Positions 35,964 to 45,258 of a stretch of DNA of 64,000 nt are shown piece by piece. The stretch's first letter is position 1; each line of letters begins with the position of its first letter. A model generated the notes under the pieces. That model was not told the origin of the DNA. It searched no databases and saw only the letters and a list, made by a program, of their open reading frames with translations. The position numbers and the translations under genes were made by a program. The stretch is taken from positions 4,096-68,095 of the forward strand of contig JBAZHE010000003.1 of the NCBI GenBank assembly GCA_041652555.1, written 5' to 3'. The DNA is from Patescibacteria group bacterium. Its GTDB lineage: Bacteria; Patescibacteriota; Patescibacteriia; Patescibacteriales; WJLG01.

Positions 35964-36166
35964 CTTCTTGTAAACCTCCTTCGTTTACTTCGCGCCGGGT
36001 AGTGAGTGTGTGGAATATAATTGCAAATATTTTCTACAATAGACGACCCAATATCAGTTACAACTAACGAGACTATTAAAGAACAAACCCATTCTGGGCA
36101 TGTATAATTTAAAACAAACCATACAGAAATCCAAAATAAAATAACAAACGCAACATTTATAATCAA
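35960..36166 (-). CDS. small membrane protein; start uncertain (TTG in track)
   Basis: ORF track; frame stays open upstream without an ATG. Confidence 0.35.
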   Translation of the reverse strand: MIINVAFVILFWISVWFVLNYTCPEWVCSLIVSLVVTDIGSSIVENICNYIPHTHYPARSKRRRFTRR

Positions 36167-36254
36167 ATTGGTTTGCGCAACAACAATTACTAAATAAATT
36201 ACAAAACATGGAATTAAAATAGAAAGAGCAGTCTTTAAAATTTCTGAAATGATG

Positions 36255-36539
36255 TTAAATATTTTTATATTTCTTCCCCCACATCCCTTTTATATTACCA
36301 GCATTTTTATTCACGCTAGATCGTTTACAAATACTATAATACTTTCCCGTTACAGGATTATAAACCTTTTGTTCGGACTTCGCATATAAAATTTTATAAA
36401 TATCTTTAACCGCGCCGTCAATTATCCTGCATTCACGCTCTGCTTTATTGATGGGCAAATTTATTTGAATCTTTAAAAGGTTCATAACTATTTCGTCGTG
36501 TTGTTCTTGTGTGTATTCATAGTATGGTGTTGTTGTCAT
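36255..36539 (-). CDS. hypothetical protein (94 aa)
   Basis: ORF track. Confidence 0.5.
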   Translation of the reverse strand: MTTTPYYEYTQEQHDEIVMNLLKIQINLPINKAERECRIIDGAVKDIYKILYAKSEQKVYNPVTGKYYSICKRSSVNKNAGNIKGMWGKKYKNI

Positions 36540-36540
36540 T

Positions 36541-36996
36541 TCATTCTACCCCACAATAAATATCATAATAACTCTCACTCGGATAAATATAATAACTACA
36601 TCTATTATTGTCTATTAATATATTATACTTTGCACTACTTATCATAGGGAAATCAACTTCGGAATTGTTATCGGTGTAACTATACATTTCTTGTGTATTT
36701 CGAAAACACTCATTACTCATTTTTATAGAAACATTTATTCCTTTTTGTTCGTGTCGAATATGAAATTTTACATAATGTGGAATATATGTAAAATCCTCAT
36801 GTGTATAATTTTGATATGCGAAATTGTAATTTTTATCCACCCCCAAATAATTATATAAAAAATTACAGTAATTACTATAAACAATATCATTTGTTTTAAA
36901 TGACATATCTTGCTCGTGTGTAAAATATAAAACAAGACCAAACAATGTGCAGCCAATTAGCATACACATTATAATAAAAATAAATGTGTGTTTCAT
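36541..36996 (-). CDS. secreted or membrane-anchored hypothetical protein (151 aa)
   Basis: N-terminal hydrophobic segment FIFIIMCMLIGCTLFGL with a possible lipobox (LIGC). Confidence 0.5.
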   Translation of the reverse strand: MKHTFIFIIMCMLIGCTLFGLVLYFTHEQDMSFKTNDIVYSNYCNFLYNYLGVDKNYNFAYQNYTHEDFTYIPHYVKFHIRHEQKGINVSIKMSNECFRNTQEMYSYTDNNSEVDFPMISSAKYNILIDNNRCSYYIYPSESYYDIYCGVE

Positions 36997-36999
36997 ACC

Positions 37000-37104
37000 T
37001 CACACCACCCCACAAACCTTTCTCGGAATCCACCATATCAATAATGCCACTACTGCCCATAATACAAAAATTGATGCGCCATTTAATGTTTCTCTTATTG
37101 TCAT
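37000..37104 (-). CDS. very small membrane protein (34 aa)
   Basis: Not in track; ATGA overlap upstream, stop 3 nt before next ATG. Confidence 0.35.
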   Translation of the reverse strand: MTIRETLNGASIFVLWAVVALLIWWIPRKVCGVV

Positions 37105-37379
37105 GGTTTCCTCTTCGGTATATTAAAATAATAATGCCCGCCGCGTTCCGTCTTTTGCCAATACAATATCCAAAACACTTTATTCTTTTCGAGAGCACTA
37201 ATTATTTCTTCGTTGCCACTCCATCCACCGGTGTGCAATTCAAGTTCACGCGTGTTCTTGTCGTATTTGAAATAACCAATATCTGCATATGCCCACATGC
37301 TTTTTATCATACAAATAAGATCGCATGGTTCTGGGTTTTTAATGCAGTCGTAGGTTTCGATGTAGTTTAGGTTTGTCAT
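37101..37379 (-). CDS. conserved phage-type hypothetical protein (92 aa)
   Basis: HTGGWSGNEEIISAL...RGGHYYF motif, recalled from phage proteins. Confidence 0.55.
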   Translation of the reverse strand: MTNLNYIETYDCIKNPEPCDLICMIKSMWAYADIGYFKYDKNTRELELHTGGWSGNEEIISALEKNKVFWILYWQKTERGGHYYFNIPKRKP

Positions 37380-37645
37380 GTTTCCTCCTTCAATCTCTTA
37401 ATTAACCAATTAGAAAATCGAACATATCCCATATATAACAATGCAATAATAGATATAACGAGCATTGTTATCCCAAAAAATAAAATCGGCGCTGCCGCTA
37501 ATGATGGCGTATTATTTGGTAGAAGGTGTAATACGATAAGCGAAAATACAAAACACTCAATCCCAGATATAAAAAATTCAAACACAACCGGATCGCAAGT
37601 TTGCATCTTTCCCCTATCTCTTGCTTCTTGTATTGGTGTTGGCAT
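37376..37645 (-). CDS. membrane protein (89 aa)
   Basis: ORF track; two TM helices. Confidence 0.5.
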   Translation of the reverse strand: MPTPIQEARDRGKMQTCDPVVFEFFISGIECFVFSLIVLHLLPNNTPSLAAAPILFFGITMLVISIIALLYMGYVRFSNWLIKRLKEET

Positions 37646-37647
37646 TT

Positions 37648-39285
37648 TTACCCCTCCAACTTCTGCTGCGTCGATTGCCCCTTTGCAAAGACGAAGCCGG
37701 TCACTCTAGTAAATTTACCATCGGGTCGGACTTCGATCTTTTCAACTTTCCGCCAATTGGGATATTCTTTTAATGCTTCCTCCACCGATTTTGATTTTCC
37801 TCCAAGTTGTTGAACCAATGCACGCGCTTTTTCAGCGGCGTAGTTCCGGTGATCAAGGCAGATCCAAATCGGATAGGCACGATCCATTCTATCAATAAAT
37901 TCCACTTTCACCGACGGTATTTTTCCCGGTTTGGAGTGTTTGGAAACGTAGGTGTCAACTACATCTATAATGTAGGGTTTTATTTGATCACTCATTACCG
38001 GGCCAGAATACGCGGTAGCACCGTGCCTTGCTTCGGTGTCTTCATCTTTCGGATAAACAAACCCACACCCCGGACAAACAGATAACCGCGCGTGGTGAAT
38101 GCAGTGGCAACGCTCGCACTCACGCATAGGCGGTTTTGCTGGTGGTTTCCCAAATATATCTTTTCCATGTATCTTTACTGGATCTATAGAATCAATCGGG
38201 CCATGTTCAATACAATTATTTCCAAAATCGAGCAAAATAGCGTTTGCCTTGTTTGTCGTCGGGGAAGGTCTCATAGAACGGCCCACCATCTGGATGTAGC
38301 GCCCCGTTGATTTTGTACTTGTTAAAAGCGCCACAAGATCAATAGCCGGAACGTCCAATCCTTTTGTGTAGATTCCGACGTTAATCAAACATCTCAATTT
38401 ACCATTTCTATATTTTTCCACAATTTTATTTCTTTCTTCAGACGGTGTATCTCCGGTTACAATCTCGCAATCAATTTTATGCTTTTTTAATTCTTCGGCA
38501 ACGTGCTCTGAATGTTTTATACCAGAAGTAAATATCAACCAGCACTTTCTATCCTTACCATATTCCACGATTTCATTAACAGCCTTTTCAACCAATATCT
38601 TCGAATCTGCTGCATAGGCAAGATCTTTAGAATTATAATCTCCCGCTTGAACGCGCACTCCCTTTAAATCAATTTTCGCCAATCCGCCTTTGCTAATTAC
38701 ATTTACCAAATATCCTTCTTTAATCAATCTCTTCATATCACAGACATACACAATATCTTCAAATAAAGCATCGTCTCCTTCGTTTAACATTCCGTCGGAA
38801 AGCCTAAATGGTGTTGCGGTTAGACCAACGACCACAAAATGCGGTGATGATACCCGAAGTTGTGTAAAAAATTTCTGGAATCTTGTTGTGGATTTGGGTG
38901 AAACTAAATGAGCTTCGTCAATTATGACAACATCCACACGACCGAAATCATATGCTTTATTATACATACTCTGAATGCCACAGCAAATCACGGTTGGCTT
39001 AACACTTTTCTCACGTAACCCCGCACTGTAAATTCCAATGTTGCATTCTGGGTAGTGGTTTTTTATAGATTTGTAATCCTGCGAAATTAATTCTCTGGTG
39101 TCGGTAATAACCAATATTTTAATGTCGGAACTATCCAAACATAATCGTTTAATCATCTCTGCCAAAATAATGCTTTTCCCAGAACCCGTTGGGGAGACGA
39201 TCAGAGCGTTTCTACCGTTTCCACTTTCCCAGTAGTTCCAGACTGCTTGGACAGCCTCGTTTTGATAATCCCGAAGAATTGCCAT
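37648..39285 (-). CDS. superfamily 2 DEAH-box DNA helicase with zinc ribbon
   Basis: SPTGSGKS (Walker A), IIDEAHLV, GLTATPFR, later CERCHC..CPGCG; start at MAILRDYQ ATG 39285. Confidence 0.85.
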   Translation of the reverse strand: MAILRDYQNEAVQAVWNYWESGNGRNALIVSPTGSGKSIILAEMIKRLCLDSSDIKILVITDTRELISQDYKSIKNHYPECNIGIYSAGLREKSVKPTVICCGIQSMYNKAYDFGRVDVVIIDEAHLVSPKSTTRFQKFFTQLRVSSPHFVVVGLTATPFRLSDGMLNEGDDALFEDIVYVCDMKRLIKEGYLVNVISKGGLAKIDLKGVRVQAGDYNSKDLAYAADSKILVEKAVNEIVEYGKDRKCWLIFTSGIKHSEHVAEELKKHKIDCEIVTGDTPSEERNKIVEKYRNGKLRCLINVGIYTKGLDVPAIDLVALLTSTKSTGRYIQMVGRSMRPSPTTNKANAILLDFGNNCIEHGPIDSIDPVKIHGKDIFGKPPAKPPMRECERCHCIHHARLSVCPGCGFVYPKDEDTEARHGATAYSGPVMSDQIKPYIIDVVDTYVSKHSKPGKIPSVKVEFIDRMDRAYPIWICLDHRNYAAEKARALVQQLGGKSKSVEEALKEYPNWRKVEKIEVRPDGKFTRVTGFVFAKGQSTQQKLEG

Positions 39286-39286
39286 T

Positions 39287-40168
39287 TTACCACCCCCACA
39301 TATCATGATATGCTTTATGAGAATTCTTCAACATGGTGATTCCATTATTTATATCCCATAATTCTTCGCATGATTCTGCTTCTTCCAAAGTCGTTATATT
39401 ATATTTTTCTATTATTGTATGGAAAGGTATTATATGGTGTGCTTGAATAGGGTTTTTGCGTGTTCCTTTGCATCCGCTGAACCAATCTCGGTAATTATCT
39501 CTGGCAAATATAGAAAGAATCCATTTTCTCATTTTTGTGCAATGTCTAATTTGATTATTTAATGATGTGACACCATCCTTCCATTGATATGCATTTTCAC
39601 CACGTCTTATATATCTTAAATTTAAACATTTATCCTCTGACCATTTTTTCCCGATTCGAAATTTGCGACTGCATTCATCAGAACAAAATTTCCCCCTTTC
39701 GTGATCAACTTTGTATTGTGTGGTTTCAAATTCTTTCCCACATTGCTGACAAACACGATTTATACGTTTTCTTCTGGCAATCGATTTACATCCAACCGAG
39801 CAATATTTCCCACCACCCCTAACAATATAAGATGTCCACACTTCAAATTCTTTTCCGAATGTCAAGCATTTACATTTTATTTTACTTCTATTTCCGATAT
39901 ATGCACACTCACGAGAACAATATTGCGGGTGTTGATATGGATATTTTACTTCGAATACAATTCCACATTGTTTACAAATACGCAAAACATCACGGATTTT
40001 TGATTCCGTTGGATGTAATATTTTATTTCTTTCCCTCCCATATTCACTTTGGCAATCTTTACACCACATTTGCAATCCATCTTTTCTACTTTTTTCTCTC
40101 CTAAACTTCGTTAACGGCAATCCCCTCTTACACCGACTACAAACCTTTGTTTTAATTTCTTCTTCCAT
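39287..40168 (-). CDS. zinc-ribbon-rich endonuclease paralog with degenerate HNH
   Basis: Several CxxC..CxxC ribbons; C-terminus QWKDGVTSLNNQIR..IQAHHIIPF..DINNGITMLKNSHKAYH aligns with the 2480-4771 paralogs. Confidence 0.65.
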   Translation of the reverse strand: MEEEIKTKVCSRCKRGLPLTKFRREKSRKDGLQMWCKDCQSEYGRERNKILHPTESKIRDVLRICKQCGIVFEVKYPYQHPQYCSRECAYIGNRSKIKCKCLTFGKEFEVWTSYIVRGGGKYCSVGCKSIARRKRINRVCQQCGKEFETTQYKVDHERGKFCSDECSRKFRIGKKWSEDKCLNLRYIRRGENAYQWKDGVTSLNNQIRHCTKMRKWILSIFARDNYRDWFSGCKGTRKNPIQAHHIIPFHTIIEKYNITTLEEAESCEELWDINNGITMLKNSHKAYHDMWGW

Positions 40169-40343
40169 TTAACGACCCAACCCAATCAAAATCAACCTTC
40201 CAACAAGTTGCCGTGACATGATATTGAAGTCTTGACTTCGGACAATAAAAAACAGATTCGCCGCGCATTAATCTATCAACAGCATCACATCGCGCAACGG
40301 AATTCTCTTCTTTTAAACATTCACATTTTTTGTATTTAGTCAT
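40152..40343 (-). CDS. small Cys-rich protein (63 aa)
   Basis: ORF track. Confidence 0.45.
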   Translation of the reverse strand: MTKYKKCECLKEENSVARCDAVDRLMRGESVFYCPKSRLQYHVTATCWKVDFDWVGSLNGRRN

Positions 40344-40351
40344 TATAAGTA

Positions 40352-40633
40352 TTATGTTTTAATAGTATTTAATACTATCGTTTGATTCAACATCCTCGCA
40401 GATTCATTCATCATATTTTGTTGAAACACAAACAACGGATTGTTCGTAACAAGACCACTATACAAGAACCCAACGGGGTCGTGAATAAATTGCGCTCCTA
40501 GAACCACGATACAGACGATTAAACCGACAATGCAAACGGCAAGAATGCCATATAACAAAATTTCGGGTGCATAGACTGTTATTAATATTAGAATAATTAT
40601 TAATAATAAACCCACTATAAGAAGATCGGTCAT
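40352..40633 (-). CDS. membrane protein (93 aa)
   Basis: ORF track; two TM helices. Confidence 0.5.
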   Translation of the reverse strand: MTDLLIVGLLLIIILILITVYAPEILLYGILAVCIVGLIVCIVVLGAQFIHDPVGFLYSGLVTNNPLFVFQQNMMNESARMLNQTIVLNTIKT

Positions 40634-40764
40634 TTTAACTTCTCATTATGCACTGAGCATTCACTTAACATTTTAAACGGACATGGTAATCCATAAAAAC
40701 CACAATCTTCATTAGTGCAATCGCCAGTAAAGTTGTATCCACATTCCCACGATTCATCTGTCAT
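40630..40764 (-). CDS. small Cys-rich protein (44 aa)
   Basis: Not in track; ATGA overlaps at both ends. Confidence 0.35.
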   Translation of the reverse strand: MTDESWECGYNFTGDCTNEDCGFYGLPCPFKMLSECSVHNEKLK

Positions 40765-41237
40765 ACTAGAACTTTCCCAAATTGTGAATTTAAATAATCA
40801 TATGTAGCCATCATTGTTGGAACGATTGTTGGTTTAGAAACAACAGAGTTTAAACCGGGATCTAAAATATCCAACCCATAATGTAATGGAGTTCCATTCC
40901 CGCATTGCTTGTCTTTCATTATAATATATTCATCCAACGAATATCGTATATCATCGGTTCTCCCACTTCCAAAGGTTGGTGAGTCTATTATAAAATCCAC
41001 ACTATATTTATTATGTTGGTAAACGAGGAAATTTTTTATTTGACTCCAATTTCCTTTATATTCTCCCTTCCCATATGCATCATAAATAAACGCATGAAAA
41101 TCACCGTTATTTTCACACCAACCGGGTTGATTACCAATCATTATAACATGAGATGATTTTTGATAATAATATCCACATAAAATAATGGCAATTGTGAAAA
41201 TTATAATCATCGCAATTTTTAATTTATTTTCTACCAT
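40761..41237 (-). CDS. secreted/anchored hypothetical protein
   Basis: ORF track trimmed to MVENK ATG 41237 behind AGGTGA RBS; N-terminal TM/signal. Confidence 0.5.
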   Translation of the reverse strand: MVENKLKIAMIIIFTIAIILCGYYYQKSSHVIMIGNQPGWCENNGDFHAFIYDAYGKGEYKGNWSQIKNFLVYQHNKYSVDFIIDSPTFGSGRTDDIRYSLDEYIIMKDKQCGNGTPLHYGLDILDPGLNSVVSKPTIVPTMMATYDYLNSQFGKVLV

Positions 41238-41248
41238 CACAATCACCT

Positions 41249-41383
41249 TCACGGAAACGGATTCTCGTACATGGTCTCATTATCAAACTCATTCTCCAAC
41301 TCCTCCTTATCAGTTAAAGGGTCAAGAATGGGTTCCTCTTTCTTCTTCACCATCAACTGACGACGCGCGTATTCGTGGGACAT
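41249..41383 (-). CDS. small acidic protein (44 aa)
   Basis: Not in track; TAATG overlap with upstream stop. Confidence 0.35.
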   Translation of the reverse strand: MSHEYARRQLMVKKKEEPILDPLTDKEELENEFDNETMYENPFP

Positions 41384-41604
41384 TAATCCCCCATATTAAA
41401 AAATGATGCAAGCATTCCTTCAATAATCAAAGTCGCTCCAAAAATGCTCCCCCAGCAAAATAGTTTTATATCAGAATGACCAATGAGCGCGCACCATAAT
41501 GTTATTGTTGACAAAATCAAAATGAAAAATCCTATTACAACAACACAATTTATAAATTTGTGATAATCAACTTTTTGTTTGCCGTAAGAATCGTCTGTTG
41601 TCAC
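41383..41604 (-). CDS. membrane protein (73 aa), GTG start
   Basis: ORF track; two TM helices. Confidence 0.45.
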   Translation of the reverse strand: MTTDDSYGKQKVDYHKFINCVVVIGFFILILSTITLWCALIGHSDIKLFCWGSIFGATLIIEGMLASFFNMGD

Positions 41605-41606
41605 AA

Positions 41607-41765
41607 TTACCCTTCCACTTCTTCATTACCCACGATTTCCTTCAACTCTTTATATACTTCAAAAATTTTCCTTGCTGTAGGGAAAGGAATGTTTGTTCCT
41701 TCCATCGCTTCAATCGTTGCCATTAAATGGCGAATTTTTAAATTTTCATCTTTTGTTATACTCAT
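41607..41765 (-). CDS. small hypothetical protein (52 aa)
   Basis: Not in track; ATGA overlap. Confidence 0.35.
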   Translation of the reverse strand: MSITKDENLKIRHLMATIEAMEGTNIPFPTARKIFEVYKELKEIVGNEEVEG

Positions 41766-41920
41766 TCATACTCCCCCTCATACGTCGCTTCAAACTCATC
41801 GCCCTTTATTTTCACCGTTGCAACACGACCATCTGGTAATTTTACTTTGAGTGTGTCTGCATTAACACCGATAATTATTCCGTCATAAAGTTGTGTCGGG
41901 CATAATGGGAAGGTTATCAT
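41762..41920 (-). CDS. small hypothetical protein (52 aa), leaderless first gene
   Basis: Not in track; ATG 41920 lies about 26 nt downstream of the minus-strand TATA. Confidence 0.4.
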   Translation of the reverse strand: MITFPLCPTQLYDGIIIGVNADTLKVKLPDGRVATVKIKGDEFEATYEGEYE

Positions 41921-41933
41921 ATGTATGTATAGA

Positions 41934-41950
41934 ACGCGTTAGTATTTAAT
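41934..41950 (-). promoter_or_regulatory. TATA-like box plus ACGCGT element (minus strand)
   Basis: Minus strand reads attaaatactaacgcgttctatacatacATG. Confidence 0.5.
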
Positions 41951-42161
41951 GGTTGTTGTTTATTTTTCCACACTCACTACACAACTTCCCACAATACCAA
42001 CATCGTGCCGGCACAAGAAACGGCGGGGTTAATGAAACGTCGCATGTTGGGTTGTTGCAACAATCTGTGTTTGGGTGTTTTATGGATGTTGTTTTGATGC
42101 ACATAATAATACCATTGTTTCAAAAGTATTTATAACTTTGTAGAATAGAAAAGTTTAAATA

Positions 42162-43133
42162 TCAGATATTTTTCTTATTAATAACCTTTTCCAAATCCAC
42201 GCTCAATACATTCCCAGCGCCATTTATAATACCCCCTTCGTATTCGATAGTGCCCTTTTCCGGGTCTGCACCAATTAACCGAAGCGGCACAAGTTCCGGA
42301 ATAAAAATGTGTCCCACACAACCCTGCTTCTGTTCAAACTCACTAATCACCCTTTTCTCAAAACGTCCACACGTCCACGTGCCGTCTACTTCGGGGGTAG
42401 AGAAAGCGCAGGTGCGGCAACTCACAAGGGGGAGTCCGCCGTGCCAGCATAAATCCGCGTGGTCGCAGAATTTACAGCAGAACGATGTTTCTTTGTCTCC
42501 CAACTTCTCCAATGGTATCGACGAATATACCACGCGCTTTGCCTTATCTGCCTGTCTTTCTGCAAAATCTTTATCGTAGTATATTCGTTCAGAAAAAATT
42601 TCGTCTGTATCTTTATTTACAACGAAAAAGAAGGCTCTTGTTAACTTAAACCACCTCATATAATCTTGGACTTGAGCGTAATAGAGTGGCTTGATCTTCT
42701 GAACCCCTTGCTTTTTTATGAGATTAAAATATTTGTTGGAAGCACTTTTAATTTCTAAAATATGCCACTCTTTTGACTCTTCAAACCCTTGAGCGATACC
42801 ATCTACACTCCCACTGTGGTGTGGGCAATCCTCGTCAAAACAAGATAATTGTTTTCCGGAAGATGGATCACGGTCGTATACGCAGACGCCAATATTTCTC
42901 AAATCATTTATAATACGTTCTTCTTCGATTTTCCCCGTGGCAAAAAGCCTCTGCATTCTACCAATGAAATTGGGAGAAGAGCAGTGTCTAAATGAATACC
43001 ATAACTTTCTTTGACAGTCCTCACCGATCAAAGAGGCTCCGAGATGCGGTCTTCGCCATTCAATATTTTTATCCACATAATATTTATAAATTTTATCAAC
43101 CGTTGGTTGATGTTGGATTGGTAGTTCGGCCAT
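42162..43133 (-). CDS. PD-(D/E)xK exonuclease, Cas4/RecB-like with Fe-S-type cysteines
   Basis: N-terminal GEDCQRKLWY, core SVDGI...ILEIKS, QVQDYM, C-terminal CCKFCDHADLC; sits in the recombination module. Confidence 0.7.
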   Translation of the reverse strand: MAELPIQHQPTVDKIYKYYVDKNIEWRRPHLGASLIGEDCQRKLWYSFRHCSSPNFIGRMQRLFATGKIEEERIINDLRNIGVCVYDRDPSSGKQLSCFDEDCPHHSGSVDGIAQGFEESKEWHILEIKSASNKYFNLIKKQGVQKIKPLYYAQVQDYMRWFKLTRAFFFVVNKDTDEIFSERIYYDKDFAERQADKAKRVVYSSIPLEKLGDKETSFCCKFCDHADLCWHGGLPLVSCRTCAFSTPEVDGTWTCGRFEKRVISEFEQKQGCVGHIFIPELVPLRLIGADPEKGTIEYEGGIINGAGNVLSVDLEKVINKKNI

Positions 43134-43134
43134 T

Positions 43135-43398
43135 TTACGTCACCTTAAAAAATATTGAGAATGTTATGTTTGGAGGAGTAATTGGCGGCATCGCTAACAA
43201 CACAATATTAATCATATACACGGCGGAAGTAAGAATCCCTATACAACATAACACTACCCCAAATAACAAAAATATAATATCTTTAGAATCAAAAATTTTC
43301 CACGAAATCAAAATACAAATTATACCTATTACACCCAATATTAAACCAATTAATATTGGGCGGGGTATCATCGACAACGGAATAACAATTTCAATCAT
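43135..43398 (-). CDS. membrane protein (87 aa)
   Basis: ORF track; three hydrophobic helices. Confidence 0.5.
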   Translation of the reverse strand: MIEIVIPLSMIPRPILIGLILGVIGIICILISWKIFDSKDIIFLLFGVVLCCIGILTSAVYMINIVLLAMPPITPPNITFSIFFKVT

Positions 43399-43449
43399 TT
43401 AAAACTCCTAAACACCTCTCCACGGAACGAACCGAAAAAAGAGGTTAAT

Positions 43450-43953
43450 TTATTTCCTTTCCCACGGCTTCTTTGCCTTAGCCCCGCCAGTACCACCAAC
43501 AACCGGCGCAGCACCCTTTACCGGCGCAGTCGCATCCGTAATGTCCTTAAGTTCTTTTCCATCGGTGCGGGAATAACCTTTAATCACATTTCGATCTTCA
43601 AACCCGTTTGAACCGGCGCGAATGCCCACGCTGATTACCAGCGGCTTTCCATGAAGTTCCGCGCTGTCCTTCGGATGTAAAACACCAGTTGCACGACAAA
43701 CAGCGGAAAGCGCGCGCTGTGCTATTTCAACAGTCTGTGTATTCGTGTTAACAAGATTGAGTGTGTCGAAAATTTTCCGTCCCTTGAAGTCTCCTTCTGC
43801 TACCTCATAGGTCAGCAACAGATACTTTCCGTCGCCTTTCTTGGTATCTTTCATTTCGCTATCAACAATAATTGCCAAATAATCGTCTACGGGGATTGGG
43901 GTGAATTTTCCCATCGGATCTACGACGTTGCTATCAAAGTTTAATTCAGTCAT
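43450..43953 (-). CDS. DUF669-like putative ssDNA-binding protein
   Basis: Family resemblance (..PIPVDDYLAIIVDSEMKDTKKGDGKYLLLTYEV..GRKIFD.LNL..) and position next to an AAA_24-like ATPase. Confidence 0.6.
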   Translation of the reverse strand: MTELNFDSNVVDPMGKFTPIPVDDYLAIIVDSEMKDTKKGDGKYLLLTYEVAEGDFKGRKIFDTLNLVNTNTQTVEIAQRALSAVCRATGVLHPKDSAELHGKPLVISVGIRAGSNGFEDRNVIKGYSRTDGKELKDITDATAPVKGAAPVVGGTGGAKAKKPWERK

Positions 43954-43959
43954 TTTATA

Positions 43960-44178
43960 TCAGTCTCCTTTTATTTCTGTTATTTCATCATATCCGCAAT
44001 ACTCGTCATCTGCATATGATATAGCATCTTCCAAACTATCAAATTCATCATATATCGTTTGTTCCGGTATATGAATCACAAATTTCTTTTTCTTCGGATA
44101 TTCCTTTTTGGGAGGATGCAACTCTGGATATTCCTTTTCCATGTGTTTTTCTACATCTTCCTTAAATCCCACGATCAT
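43960..44178 (-). CDS. small acidic hypothetical protein (72 aa)
   Basis: ORF track; ATGA overlap. Confidence 0.5.
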   Translation of the reverse strand: MIVGFKEDVEKHMEKEYPELHPPKKEYPKKKKFVIHIPEQTIYDEFDSLEDAISYADDEYCGYDEITEIKGD

Positions 44179-44960
44179 TCCTCTTTCTTTACACTTCCAC
44201 CCGGAATATACTTCTCAAATTCCGTGTAATCCAGTGGCATTTCATCGGGCATATTACGGTAACGTTTCTTTGCTACATAGCCTGCTGTTGGAGCAACATG
44301 CAAGACGCGCTGTCCTGTTGACACGGCAATATTTCTGGTCTTGTCAAAACCTGCTTTTTCACTACGAGTCAGAGTTGTGAGCGAACAGAACCCCACCACG
44401 TCGCCCCATTCAACAATTTTAGCAGCCGCAAGTTTCTGGAGTTTGAGCGTGTTCTTGTCGTATGCGGAACACAGGGGATCTTCAATCTTGACCACGGCAG
44501 AATGCGCAACCAGAATAACCATCATTCCCTTTGTATCGCGCAGATATGTCAAGGCATCAAGAAAATCCTGCCACTCAGTCATGCATTCAACATAACCGCG
44601 CCCGTAACCCGGGTCTTCGATAGACTTTGCGTTGAGACGTTTGCACGTAGCCTTCCATACAAGGGGTTGGAACCAATCGAGCGTATCTATAACCACGGTC
44701 TTGTAATCATGATCGGTCGTGGCAAGGATCTGAATACAATCCATCACCTCTTCATAGGAACGCGCTGCGCGGGGTTTGCCATTTTCATCCTGTGGGATCG
44801 CAGTGGCGTCAATGTCTCCCAATCCATCTTCAGTAAGAATTAAAATGGAGTCTTTTGCCATAGACCCGAAAGTAGATTTGCCAATTCCTTCAGGTCCATA
44901 GATAACAACCAATGGGATTTTAGGAGCGTTCTTCTTTGAAATTTTGTTTAAATCAATCAC
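44175..44960 (-). CDS. RecA-fold ATPase, AAA_24 / Sak4-like recombinase candidate (GTG start)
   Basis: Walker A YGPEGIGKST, Walker B VVIDTLD; AAGGAG RBS; typical phage pairing with DUF669. Confidence 0.75.
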   Translation of the reverse strand: MIDLNKISKKNAPKIPLVVIYGPEGIGKSTFGSMAKDSILILTEDGLGDIDATAIPQDENGKPRAARSYEEVMDCIQILATTDHDYKTVVIDTLDWFQPLVWKATCKRLNAKSIEDPGYGRGYVECMTEWQDFLDALTYLRDTKGMMVILVAHSAVVKIEDPLCSAYDKNTLKLQKLAAAKIVEWGDVVGFCSLTTLTRSEKAGFDKTRNIAVSTGQRVLHVAPTAGYVAKKRYRNMPDEMPLDYTEFEKYIPGGSVKKEE

Positions 44961-45075
44961 AATAGATCTCCTTTCGTTTTGTTCGTTTGTCGTTTCATGT
45001 TACGGTCGGGGCAGCATATGCCCAAATCGCGTATCTATGTAGGACGCGTTAGTATAAATAGTTATGGTTGGAAGA

Positions 45076-45258
45076 TTAAAAACCAAGTCCACCATAACTA
45101 TTTGAAACCATAGTTAAATATTGACCAAATTGAAAAACACGTGGAACTAAAAAACCAAACACAAAAATAAGTAAAAACGTGGTAATCAAAATAGTTATAA
45201 TGTCGGTCTTACTAAAAACATCTGCAAATGTTACCGTTTCCTTTTCTTCTTTAATCAT
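45076..45258 (-). CDS. small membrane protein (60 aa)
   Basis: ORF track. Confidence 0.45.
   Translation of the reverse strand: MIKEEKETVTFADVFSKTDIITILITTFLLIFVFGFLVPRVFQFGQYLTMVSNSYGGLGF

Noticed and set aside
36896-37370. ORFs 36896..37198(-) and 36984..37370(+)
   Set aside because: They overlap the ATGA-coupled minus-strand genes (36541..36996, 37000..37104, 37101..37379), which have better start contexts.
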